Made by a program: the position numbers and the translations under genes. From Spirochaetia bacterium (GTDB lineage: Bacteria; Spirochaetota; Spirochaetia; WTKD01; G963693115): DNA of 64,000 nucleotides. Shown here piece after piece: positions 20,101 to 28,640 of this stretch. The notes beneath the pieces are model-generated. The model was not told the origin of the DNA and searched no databases. It saw only the letters and a program-made list of their open reading frames with translations. The stretch lies in NCBI GenBank assembly GCA_965226055.1, contig CBDDCA010000005.1, positions 224,001 to 288,000 on the forward strand, written 5' to 3'. The stretch's first letter is position 1. Every line of letters begins with the position of its first letter.

Positions 20101-21950
20101 GCTTTTATTTGTATTGCTCCTGTTGTGTCTAAGCTAGGCTTGTTTTGAAAAAGATCTTCTGACGGAGCTGTGGGTTGCGGAGTAGTTATGTCTTTTGTCG
20201 CTTGAGTGCTTTTGTTTTCTGAGTAATCAAGCGTGAGTATTGTTATGGTATATGTTTTTCCTTGTGTGAGTTCTTCTACAGAGAGTGCTGTTGTGGGATA
20301 GGCTACTTTTTTCTCATTTACTACTGTGGTGCTTGTGCCTTTTTCTGCTATGCTTATGCTGTATTCTTTTATGTCTTTGTTATTGGCTTTTGTTCCATCG
20401 GGTGCTGTCCATGTTATCTGTGTGCCTATCTTTGTAGGTGATACAAAAGGATAGCTTGCTTGTATGCTTGTCACTGCATCGGGGGCGGTGCCATCATCTA
20501 CTGTAGTGGTGGTTGCTGTTATTTTTGCTCCTTTGTTGCCTGTGTAGTCTTGTGACTGTACTGCTATGCTGTATTCAGTGGTAGCTTTTAGTCCTGTTAT
20601 CTGCGTGTTTCTTAGTGTTCTCTCTGTTATTGTTACTGTCTTTGCAGGGCTGTTCTTTTCTGTTACTGTTATAGTCACTCCTGCATAGTCTCTTACATCG
20701 GGGGCTTGCCAGCCTACTACTATGCTTGTTGCTCCTCCTACTGCACTCACATTGCTTACAGGCTCTGTGCTTTTGTCGGTTGTTGCTTGTTCTTTTGACA
20801 CTGCAGTGGAGTACTTTCCGTTTTGAGAGACATACACTTCTACTTTGTAGGTAAGCGTGCCATAGAGTTTTGTGAGGGCTATGCCATCTTTTGCTACATA
20901 CACAGTGGCGTACTCTTGATTGTCTGCACTTGCAGAGCTGAGTTTGGCTGTACTGCTATTGCTCACTGTTTCGTATGCTATGAGAGTATTTGTTGCTGTT
21001 GCTATCACTCGTACTTGCAGACTTTTTCCTGTACTAAAATCAAAGTTATTCCCCCACTTGATAAGCAGGCTTTCATCGGCTGGGCTATTGCTTTTATCGT
21101 TTGCTGTTACTGTAAGATCTGCCTCTGGCAGTGCGGCTACTGTCTGTGAGAGTGCTGAGGGTACTATGCCTCTGAGTGCTTGCTTTGCCGTGCTTTCGTT
21201 GCCATTGCTATCTCTGTATACTACTGTTACATCATAGCTTATGCCGTCTATAGTAGGAACAGCAATAGTTACTTCTCCTTGTGTTACATCTTGTACTGTT
21301 ACTTCTTTTTTTACATTAGTGGTGCTTTCTATCACCTGTACTATGGCTTCTGCTATGTCTGTTTTGCCTGACGAGAGCAGTGCTTTGTCCCATGTTATCT
21401 TTATACCATTTGTTGCTGATTCTACTGCTACCTTGTTGAAGGTATCTTGAGGTTTCGTTGTATCTGTCAATGTTGTCACAGAGCGGGTTGTTTTTGGTGA
21501 TACTTCTGTATCTGAGCCTGAGTTTGACTTCTGGGCTTCTATCTCTACAGTATAATCGGTAGTAGCGTGCAAGCCTCTGAGTACATAGGGTCTGTTTTGT
21601 TGAAACAATGTACGATATTCTATTGCAGGAACACGCACTTCTATTGATTGTGCTGGTGTCGTTGATGTAGCTTTTACAACTACATGCGTAGCATCGCTTG
21701 GAGCTTCCCAGCGTAACGAGAGCGTCCCATCGTTGCCTGCTGCTTGTATCTGCACATTGGACACTGATGCGAGTGTCGGGGTTACTGGCGTTCCCCCTCC
21801 GCCTGAGGAACTACTGCTACTCTCTGCACATCCTACGAGTACGAGGGTAGTTATTGCTAGCACTAACACAAGCGCAACTAGAGTTATGCTATACTTACTT
21901 TGTAGCTTACCATTTATCTGATAGTTTAGTTTTTCATTACTTTTTTTCAT
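17151..21950 (-). CDS. Large surface lipoprotein L1 (FN3/Ig stalk plus 6 DUF285 repeats and a Cys-containing cap)
   Basis: Lipobox LVGC then a poly-Ser/Gly linker, multiple FN3-like modules, C-terminal FNQNIGNWNVSKV repeats, AAGGAG RBS. Confidence 0.88.
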   Translation of the reverse strand: MKKSNEKLNYQINGKLQSKYSITLVALVLVLAITTLVLVGCAESSSSSSGGGGTPVTPTLASVSNVQIQAAGNDGTLSLRWEAPSDATHVVVKATSTTPAQSIEVRVPAIEYRTLFQQNRPYVLRGLHATTDYTVEIEAQKSNSGSDTEVSPKTTRSVTTLTDTTKPQDTFNKVAVESATNGIKITWDKALLSSGKTDIAEAIVQVIESTTNVKKEVTVQDVTQGEVTIAVPTIDGISYDVTVVYRDSNGNESTAKQALRGIVPSALSQTVAALPEADLTVTANDKSNSPADESLLIKWGNNFDFSTGKSLQVRVIATATNTLIAYETVSNSSTAKLSSASADNQEYATVYVAKDGIALTKLYGTLTYKVEVYVSQNGKYSTAVSKEQATTDKSTEPVSNVSAVGGATSIVVGWQAPDVRDYAGVTITVTEKNSPAKTVTITERTLRNTQITGLKATTEYSIAVQSQDYTGNKGAKITATTTTVDDGTAPDAVTSIQASYPFVSPTKIGTQITWTAPDGTKANNKDIKEYSISIAEKGTSTTVVNEKKVAYPTTALSVEELTQGKTYTITILTLDYSENKSTQATKDITTPQPTAPSEDLFQNKPSLDTTGAIQIKASFKQAPGIGSYYTLRMYDGATLVAEKSITGSVTAITFGIADGLEVPKVQANAKNYRFTFLTIANNIVSPVTTLADTVAVYDSTSTAPPAPKDAKLSVESVTQITATAVYTFSAGDITNDNKAPSGSKLTQAQIQYKVYIAEGDHSTKTLEAIKGLAGVQTQNIAGDSTLQVRFIGTKGADYTAGVEAINSLNPSYSIGASATIKKATLTAPPNTPKSTTYTNSNAVVFAVPSTGSNRGKKVITVQVNASAIAGVSKANGNALEATDLAYYVLYLKKEDTTGKPASVSALWATEKSSVKVAKYTKATGTTQATISIAIVDSTSGSNAGATPIETAKDYYIGVRIVNTTSPNYDATNSDKLFPAGFYTDVTEIKEIYTSKAVAPNQSLLTGKLVVSPSTNTAGTIKLVLTELSTFTGAKDYDGTNITASNQLAYTVYGLQKDTDPTVAEVLAGRKIDIGSVSSGVYTVPALASLGLSADTAPVVAIKGATKYYFVVEVAVKTDTSKKAVSTVASVTTASQATAPAEVSTIQTRVAQTGMRVSWTAPSLSASHKTNKGATLTTAQVSYKVYSIAKSGDTTRSVAQIKANANTATKNIAAGTTNTTLTGLTNGTTYEIVVQAVNSTDPAKVSAGERHEFEASAISIGNTSIVSATVGTALASNTTRVLTSTPSGNAFTCDATILEADAKKIKDETGLAVSFNQSSKTVTITGIANKSNIRDPNITEYSYDVAQCTITASKKKVPATIVIRTDIRTAPSGKAEAYYRPTTKSALQTIISEEKTRQGSGGNSNPSPNLNMIDTSAITDMSELFRKDSTFNGDITQWNTSNVMNMSSMFWGASVFNQNIGNWDTGKVTGMAGMFIETDDFNQNIGNWNVSKVTHMDSMFDEASAFNQNIGNWNVSKVTSMFSMFNKASVFNQNIGSWNVSKVVNIINIFRDASVFDQDLSSWKLCSISRLQSRMFTGSAMETKTAQLPKIFRGDPACTS

Positions 21951-22012
21951 AATGTTCTCCTTATAATTATCTATTTATTGTATAATTATATTATACATTA
22001 TACACAAATATC

Positions 22013-22134
22013 ATTATAGCAAAAATACTATTTTTTGTGTTATATCTGAAAATTAAAAAAAAAAAAAAAATACACTGGATTACACAAAAATGCATAGCAA
22101 AAAGTGATAATAATGCTACAATAGAGATGCTATG
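22013..22134. promoter_or_regulatory. L1 promoter cassette with an A16 tract (22055-22070)
   Basis: Minus-strand TATAAT at 22013-22018, conserved 21-mer AAATACTATTTTTTGTGTTAT, A16, inverted ACACAAAAA. Shared with the L2 and L3 upstream regions. Confidence 0.65.
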
Positions 22135-22158
22135 AACAAAATTTGATCCCTACTGAAG

Positions 22159-22192
22159 CCTTTGCTGTCGCAATTAGCCCTTGAATCTGCAC
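22159..22192. repeat. Dispersed junction element (reverse orientation)
   Basis: Reverse complement GTGCAGATTCAAGGGCTAATTGCGACAGCAAAGG resembles TTCAAGGATTAAATGCGACAAAGG at 53981-54004. Confidence 0.55.
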
Positions 22193-22228
22193 TATAGCAA
22201 GAAAGGAGTATTTCCTTTCTTGCTATAG
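22192..22228. terminator. Hairpin identical to 17093-17129, downstream of L2
   Basis: CTATAGCAAGAAAGGA-gtatt-TCCTTTCTTGCTATAG. Confidence 0.75.
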
Positions 22229-22247
22229 GTTGTATTGCTACACTATG

Positions 22248-25200
22248 CTATGATGTACATGCTGAACTACCAGCAACCTTTGGATACTGTGCTGTTTTGC
22301 CATCCATAGCTGAATTTTTGAAAATATTGAAAAGTCCTTGTACCCTACACAGTTTCCATGAGGATAAATTTTGATCAAATACAGAAGCATTACGAAACAT
22401 GGCACTAATATTAGTAACATTCCCTACATTCCAATTTCCTATATTTTGATTAAAGGCACTTGCTAAAAGAAACATGGTAGCCATAGTCTTTACACTACTC
22501 ACATCCCAATCTCCTATGTCTTGATTAAAAGCAGTAGCTTCATCAAACATTGAATTCATATTAGTAACCTTGCTTGTACCCCAATCTCCTATGTCTTGAT
22601 TAAAGACAACAGCTTTAAAAAACATAGCCCCCATATCCGTTACGTTACTGGTATTCCACTGTGTTATGTCTCCATTAAAAGTACTATCACTATCAAATAA
22701 ACTATTCATATCAGTAATAGCACTGGTGTCTATCATGTTGAGGTTGGGGCTAGGGTTACTATTCCCTCCTGAACCTTGCCTTGTTTTTTCTTCACTGATA
22801 ATAGTTTGAAGCTGTGCCTTTGTTGTTGGTCTGTAATAGGCTTCTGCTTTTCCTGATGGTGCTGTTCTTAGCTCTGTCTGTATAACAATAGTGGCTGGCA
22901 CTTTTTTCTTTGAAGCGGTAATTGTACATTGCACTACATCATAGCTATACTCAGTAATAGCTGTGTCTCGTATATTGGACTTATTTGCTATGCCTGTTAT
23001 GGTAACTGTTTTGCTATTCTGATTAAACGATACTGCTAGGCCTGTTTCTTTTTTGATTTTCTCTGCATCTACCTCTAGTATGTTTGCATCACAGGTAAAG
23101 GCATTGCCACTGGGTGTGCTTGCTAGTACTCTTGTAGTATTTGATGCTAGTGCTGTACCTACTGTTGCTAATACTATGCTAGTGTTTCCTATAGCTATTC
23201 CTCTTGCTTCAAACTCGTGGCGTTCTCCTGTCGATGCTTTTGTGTCATCGGTACTGTTTACTGCTTGCACCACTATTTCGTAGGTCGTTCCGTTCGTCAA
23301 GTTTGTCAGGGTAGTGTTTGTTGTTCCTGCTGCTACTGTTGTGGGGCTTGAATCTGCTTGTTTTATCGCTGCTACATTTCTTGCACTGCCACTCTTGGCT
23401 ACTTTGTATACTTTGTACGATACTTGTGCAGCTGTTAGGGTAGCTCCTTTATTTGTTTTGTGACTTGCACTGAGGCTGGGAGCTGTCCACGATACTCTCA
23501 TACCTGTCTGGGCTACTCTCGTCTGTATAGTTGATACTTCTGCGGGGGCAGTCGCCTGCGATGCTGTCGTTACACTTGCCACTGTCGATACTGCTTTTTT
23601 ACTTGTGTCTGTTTTTATTGCTACTTCTACCACAAAGTAGTACTTTGTCGCTCCCTTTATTGCTACTACTGGTGCTGTGTCTGATGACAAGCCTAAACTG
23701 GCAAGGGACTGTACTGTGTACACTCCGCTACTTGCACTGCCTAGGTTTATCTTTCTGCCTGCAAGTACTTCTGCTACGGTAGCAGTGCCGTCTTTCTGTA
23801 AGCCGTACACTGTGTATACTAGCTGATTACTTGCTGTTATGTTTGTGCCATCGTAGTCTTTTGCTCCTGTAAATGTGCTTAACTCGGTAAGTACCAGCTT
23901 TATTGTTCCTGTAGTATTTGTTGACTGTGATACTACCAGCTTTCCTGTGAGTAATGACTGGCTGGGTGCTACTGCTTTGGAAGTATAGATTTCCTTTATT
24001 TCTGTTACATCGGTGTAAAAGCCTGCAGGAAAGAGCTTGCTACTATTGGATGCATCGTAATTGGGGGATGTTGTGTTGACTATCCTTACCCCTATGTAGT
24101 AATCCTTTGCTGTTTCTATGGGCGTTACTCCTGCATTGCTTCCACTGGTGCTGTCTACTATTGCTATGGATATTGTGTCTTGAGTTGTTCCTGTTGCTTT
24201 TGTGTATTTTGCTACCTTTACACTGCTTTTCTCTATCGCCCACAGAGCTGATACGCTGGCAGGCTTTCCTGTGGTATCTTCTTTCTTGAGGTATAGCACA
24301 TAGTACGCAAGGTCTGTCGCTTCAAGGGCATTGCCATTTGCTTTGCTCACTCCTGCTATTGCTGAAGCATTGAGTTGTACTGTTATGACTTTTTTCCCTC
24401 TATTGCTTCCTGTTGTAGGCACTGCAAATACTACTGCATTACTGTTAGTGTAGGTGGTGCTTTTTGGGGTATTTGGTGGTGCAGTAAGCGTTGCTTTCTT
24501 TATTGTTGCTGATGTTCCTATGCTATACGATGGATTGAGGCTGTTTATTGCTTCTACTCCTGCGGTATAGTCTGCTCCTTTCGTTCCTATAAATCTTACT
24601 TGTAAGGTACTGTCTCCTGCTATATTCTGTGTTTGTACTCCTGCAAGGCCTTTTATTGCCTCTAGTGTTTTTGTGCTGTGGTCTCCTTCTGCTATGTATA
24701 CTTTGTACTGTATTTGTGCCTGTGTAAGTTTGCTTCCACTGGGTGCTTTGTTATCATTGGTAATGTCTCCTGCACTAAATGTATAGACTGCTGTTGCGGT
24801 TACTTGTGTTACTGACTCTACAGAGAGCTTTGCATCTTTTGCAGCGGGCGGTGCTGTCGAGGTACTATCGTATACTGCCACAGTATCGGAAAGAGTAGTT
24901 ACAGGGCTTACTATGTTATTTGCTATTGTCAAAAAGGTAAAGCGATAATTCTTGGCATTTGCTTGTACCTTAGGTACTTCCAAGCCATCTGCTATCCCAA
25001 AAGTAATGGCTGTTACACTTGCTGTTATGCTTTTTTCTGCTACCAGTGTAGCTCCATCGTACATACGCAGAGTGTAGTAGCTTCCTATGCCTGGAGCTTG
25101 CTTAAAGGTTGCTTTTATCTGTATTGCTCCTGTTGTGTCTAAGCTAGGCTTGTTTTGAAAAAGATCTTCTGACGGAGCTGTGGGTTGCGGAGTAGTTATG

Positions 25201-26945
25201 TCTTTTGTTGCTTGGCTACTTTTGTTTTCTGAGTAATCAAGCGTGAGTATTGTTATGGTGTATGTTTTGCCTTGTGTGAGTTCTTCTACAGAGAGTGCTG
25301 TCGTGGGATAGGGTATTTTCTTCTCGCTCAGTACTGTGGTGCTTGTGCCTTTTTCTGCTATGCTTACGCTGTATTCTTTTATGTCTTTGTTATTGGCTTT
25401 TGTTGTATCGGGGGCTGTCCATGTTATCTGTGTGCCTATCTTTGTAGGTGATACAAAGGGATAGCTTGCTTGTATGCTTGTTACTGCATCGGGGGCGGTG
25501 CCATCATCTACTGTGGTGGTGGTTGCTGTTATTTTTGCTCCTTTGTTGCCTGTGTAATCTTGTGACTGTACTGCTATGCTGTACTCAGTGGTAGCTTTTA
25601 GGCCTGTTATCTGTGTATTGCGTACTGTTCTCTCTGTTATTGTTACTGTCTTTGCTGTTGTTGTTGTGCTGTCTTTTTCCGTTACTGTTATAGTCACTCC
25701 TGCATAGTCTCTTACATCGGGGGCTTGCCAGCCTACTACTATGCTTGTTGCTCCTCCTACTGCACTCACATTGCTTACAGGCTCTGTGCTTTTGTCGGTT
25801 GTTGCTTGTTCTTTTGACACTGCAGTGGAGTACTTTCCGTTTTTAGAAACATACACTTCTACTTTGTAAGTAAGCGTACCATAGAGTTTTGTGAGGGCTA
25901 TGCCGTCCTTTGCTACATACACAGTGGCGTACTCTTGATTGTCTGCACTTGCAGAGCTGAGTTTGGCTGTACTGCTATTGCTCACTGTTTCGTATGCTAT
26001 GAGAGTATTTGTTGCTGTTGCTATCACTCGTACTTGCAGACTTTTTCCTGTACTAAAATCAAAGTTATTCCCCCACTTGATAAGCAGGCTTTCATCGGCT
26101 GGGCTATTGCTTTTATCGTTTGCTGTTACTGTAAGATCTGCCTCTGGCAGTGCGGCTACTGTCTGTGAGAGTGCTGAGGGTACTATGCCTCTGAGTGCTT
26201 GCTTTGCCGTGCTTTCGTTGCCATTGCTATCTCTGTATACTACTGTTACATCATAGCTTATGCCGTCTATAGTAGGAACAGCAATAGTTACTTCTCCTTG
26301 TGTTACATCTTGTACTGTTACTTCTTTTTTTACATTAGTGGTGCTTTCTATCACCTGTACTATGGCTTCTGCTATGTCTGTTTTGCCTGACGAGAGCAGT
26401 GCTTTGTCCCATGTTATCTTTATACCATTTGTTGCTGATTCTACTGCTACCTTGTTGAAGGTATCTTGAGGTTTCGTTGTATCTGTCAATGTTGTCACAG
26501 AGCGGGTTGTTTTTGGTGATACTTCCGTGTCTTTTTGTGCCTCTATCTCTACAGTATAATCGGTAGTGGCATGCAAGCCTCTGAGTACATAGGGTCTGTT
26601 TTGTTGAAACAATGTACGATATTCTATTGCAGGAACACGCACTTCTATTGATTGTGCTGGTGTCGTTGATGTAGCTTTTACAACTACATGCGTAGCATCG
26701 CTTGGAGCTTCCCAGCGTAACGAGAGCGTCCCATCGTTGCCTGCTGCTTGTATCTGCACATTGGACACTGATGCGAGTGTCGGGGTTACTGGTGTTCCTC
26801 CTCCGCCTGAGGAACTACTGCTACTCTCTGCACATCCTACGAGTACGAGGGTAGTCATTGCTAGCACTAAAAATAGTGCAACAACTATAAATATGTTCAG
26901 CTTACCATGTAGCTGATGGTTTAGTTTTTCATTACTTTTTTTCAT
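22248..26945 (-). CDS. Large surface lipoprotein L2 (paralogue of L1, 5 DUF285 repeats)
   Basis: Long stretches identical to L1, lipobox LVGC, divergent C-terminal repeats. Confidence 0.88.
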   Translation of the reverse strand: MKKSNEKLNHQLHGKLNIFIVVALFLVLAMTTLVLVGCAESSSSSSGGGGTPVTPTLASVSNVQIQAAGNDGTLSLRWEAPSDATHVVVKATSTTPAQSIEVRVPAIEYRTLFQQNRPYVLRGLHATTDYTVEIEAQKDTEVSPKTTRSVTTLTDTTKPQDTFNKVAVESATNGIKITWDKALLSSGKTDIAEAIVQVIESTTNVKKEVTVQDVTQGEVTIAVPTIDGISYDVTVVYRDSNGNESTAKQALRGIVPSALSQTVAALPEADLTVTANDKSNSPADESLLIKWGNNFDFSTGKSLQVRVIATATNTLIAYETVSNSSTAKLSSASADNQEYATVYVAKDGIALTKLYGTLTYKVEVYVSKNGKYSTAVSKEQATTDKSTEPVSNVSAVGGATSIVVGWQAPDVRDYAGVTITVTEKDSTTTTAKTVTITERTVRNTQITGLKATTEYSIAVQSQDYTGNKGAKITATTTTVDDGTAPDAVTSIQASYPFVSPTKIGTQITWTAPDTTKANNKDIKEYSVSIAEKGTSTTVLSEKKIPYPTTALSVEELTQGKTYTITILTLDYSENKSSQATKDITTPQPTAPSEDLFQNKPSLDTTGAIQIKATFKQAPGIGSYYTLRMYDGATLVAEKSITASVTAITFGIADGLEVPKVQANAKNYRFTFLTIANNIVSPVTTLSDTVAVYDSTSTAPPAAKDAKLSVESVTQVTATAVYTFSAGDITNDNKAPSGSKLTQAQIQYKVYIAEGDHSTKTLEAIKGLAGVQTQNIAGDSTLQVRFIGTKGADYTAGVEAINSLNPSYSIGTSATIKKATLTAPPNTPKSTTYTNSNAVVFAVPTTGSNRGKKVITVQLNASAIAGVSKANGNALEATDLAYYVLYLKKEDTTGKPASVSALWAIEKSSVKVAKYTKATGTTQDTISIAIVDSTSGSNAGVTPIETAKDYYIGVRIVNTTSPNYDASNSSKLFPAGFYTDVTEIKEIYTSKAVAPSQSLLTGKLVVSQSTNTTGTIKLVLTELSTFTGAKDYDGTNITASNQLVYTVYGLQKDGTATVAEVLAGRKINLGSASSGVYTVQSLASLGLSSDTAPVVAIKGATKYYFVVEVAIKTDTSKKAVSTVASVTTASQATAPAEVSTIQTRVAQTGMRVSWTAPSLSASHKTNKGATLTAAQVSYKVYKVAKSGSARNVAAIKQADSSPTTVAAGTTNTTLTNLTNGTTYEIVVQAVNSTDDTKASTGERHEFEARGIAIGNTSIVLATVGTALASNTTRVLASTPSGNAFTCDANILEVDAEKIKKETGLAVSFNQNSKTVTITGIANKSNIRDTAITEYSYDVVQCTITASKKKVPATIVIQTELRTAPSGKAEAYYRPTTKAQLQTIISEEKTRQGSGGNSNPSPNLNMIDTSAITDMNSLFDSDSTFNGDITQWNTSNVTDMGAMFFKAVVFNQDIGDWGTSKVTNMNSMFDEATAFNQDIGDWDVSSVKTMATMFLLASAFNQNIGNWNVGNVTNISAMFRNASVFDQNLSSWKLCRVQGLFNIFKNSAMDGKTAQYPKVAGSSACTS

Positions 26946-27007
26946 AATGTTCTCCTTATAATTATCTATTTATTGTATAATTATATTATACATAATACAC
27001 AAGTCTT

Positions 27008-27125
27008 ATTATATCAAAAATACTATTTTTTGTGTTATATCTTAAAAAAAAAAAAAAAAAATACACTGGATTACACAAAAATACATAGCAAAAAGTGATA
27101 ATAATGCTACAATAGAGATGCTATG
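27008..27125. promoter_or_regulatory. L2 promoter cassette with an A18 tract (27044-27061)
   Basis: Same architecture as the L1 upstream region. Confidence 0.65.
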
Positions 27126-27148
27126 AACAAAAAGGAAAGCACACAAAC

Positions 27149-27208
27149 TGCACGAATTCAAGGAACAAAAAAGAGCAAGGAAAATAAAAATTAGTCCTTG
27201 AATCCGCA
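27149..27208. repeat. Dispersed junction element with two inverted TTCAAGGA/TCCTTGAA ends
   Basis: TGCACGAATTCAAGGA...AAAAAAGAGCAAG...ATTAGTCCTTGAATCCGCA. Confidence 0.55.
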
Positions 27209-27281
27209 AAGATTATTTCTTTAAAACAACTTTTTTTAATTTGTTATATAATAAACATAACTAATTTATTAAGGAGGGTAT

Positions 27282-28634
27282 ATGAAACATTTTTTCATAT
27301 TCAGTAGTATTTTTCTTTTTACTATCAATATTATAGCGTTTGCTGGAGGCTCTAACGAAGCAGATAATGCACAAGAGCTTATTATTGCAACAGTCAATAA
27401 TCCAGATATGGTTACAATGAAAGAACTTACTCCACAGTTTACCGAAAAAACAGGAATTAAAGTTACGTATGTGGTACTACCAGAAAATGAGCTTCGTCAA
27501 AAAGTGACACAAGATGTAGCTATAGGAGGAGGAAATTATGATATTGTAACAATAGGCACCTATGATACTCCCTTTTGGGCAAAAAATGGTTGGATTATAT
27601 CATTAGAGCCATATTTTGATGCTATGTCTGTAGATGAAAAAGCACAATATGATAGAGATGATATATTTAGTGCAGTACAAAGTGCCCTTAGCTCTGCTGA
27701 TGGAGAGTTACATGCACTGCCTTTTAATGCAGAAGGTTCGGTGCTGTTTTACAGAAAAGATCTTTTCGAAGAGGCTGGGCTAGAAATGCCTTATGAACCT
27801 ACATGGCAACAAGTGTATGAGTTTGCTACACAGCTGCACAAACCTGATCAGGGACAATATGGTATAGTACTGAGAGGGCTTCCTGGTTGGGGTCAAAATA
27901 TGGCTCCTTTTGGCACTATCATCAATGCTTTTGGAGCACGTTGGTACGACAACGATTGGAATCCTCAGTTTAATACTCCAGAAATGAAAGCTGCATGGGA
28001 ATTTTATAAAAAGATTATTGTTGATGCAGGAGAACCTGGACCTACCACTGTTGGTTTTACCGAAGCTCTTGCTTTAATGACATCAGGAAAAGGAGCTATG
28101 TGGTATGATGCTACTACCGCTGCAGGGTTTCTTCAAACCCCTGAATCAAAAGTAAAGGGAAAAATTGGGTATGCACTTGCTCCTACCGATAAGAAAAAGA
28201 ACAATACTTGGTTTTGGTCATGGGCACTTGCAATTGAAGCATCTTCAAAAAAGAAAGATGCAGCGTTTCAGTTTCTAACATGGGCAACAAGCAAAGAATA
28301 CATAGCTATGGTAGGCGAAACAAAAGGATGGGTGCAAGTTCCCGGAGGAACCAGAAAATCACTGTACAATAATCAAAAATACCAAGAAGTAGCTGATTTT
28401 GCACAAATAACATTTGACTCTATGGCTGCCGCAGATTTTGATAATCCTTCACTTGATCCTGTACCTTACAAAGGAATTCAATTTGTATCAATACCTGAAT
28501 TTCAAGGAATGGGAGAAAAAGTTGCACAAGAGTTAGCGGCATATCTTACCAACCAAAAAAGTATTGATGAAGTACTACAATCTTCACAGGCAATAGCGCT
28601 TGAAGTTGCAGAAAATGGTGGTTACAAAAAATAA
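27282..28634 (+). CDS. Polyol/sugar ABC transporter substrate-binding protein (SmoE-like)
   Basis: Signal peptide, ATVNNPDM, LPENELRQKVTQD, LRGLPGWGQNM, GIQFVSIPEFQ as in sorbitol/mannitol-type binding proteins. Confidence 0.88.
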   Translation: MKHFFIFSSIFLFTINIIAFAGGSNEADNAQELIIATVNNPDMVTMKELTPQFTEKTGIKVTYVVLPENELRQKVTQDVAIGGGNYDIVTIGTYDTPFWAKNGWIISLEPYFDAMSVDEKAQYDRDDIFSAVQSALSSADGELHALPFNAEGSVLFYRKDLFEEAGLEMPYEPTWQQVYEFATQLHKPDQGQYGIVLRGLPGWGQNMAPFGTIINAFGARWYDNDWNPQFNTPEMKAAWEFYKKIIVDAGEPGPTTVGFTEALALMTSGKGAMWYDATTAAGFLQTPESKVKGKIGYALAPTDKKKNNTWFWSWALAIEASSKKKDAAFQFLTWATSKEYIAMVGETKGWVQVPGGTRKSLYNNQKYQEVADFAQITFDSMAAADFDNPSLDPVPYKGIQFVSIPEFQGMGEKVAQELAAYLTNQKSIDEVLQSSQAIALEVAENGGYKK

Positions 28635-28640
28635 CAGTAT

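Noticed and set aside
7111-26469. Many short antisense ORFs, some duplicated (e.g. 20920/25939, 21180/26199)
   Set aside because: They are shadows of repetitive or duplicated lipoprotein genes and have no independent coding evidence
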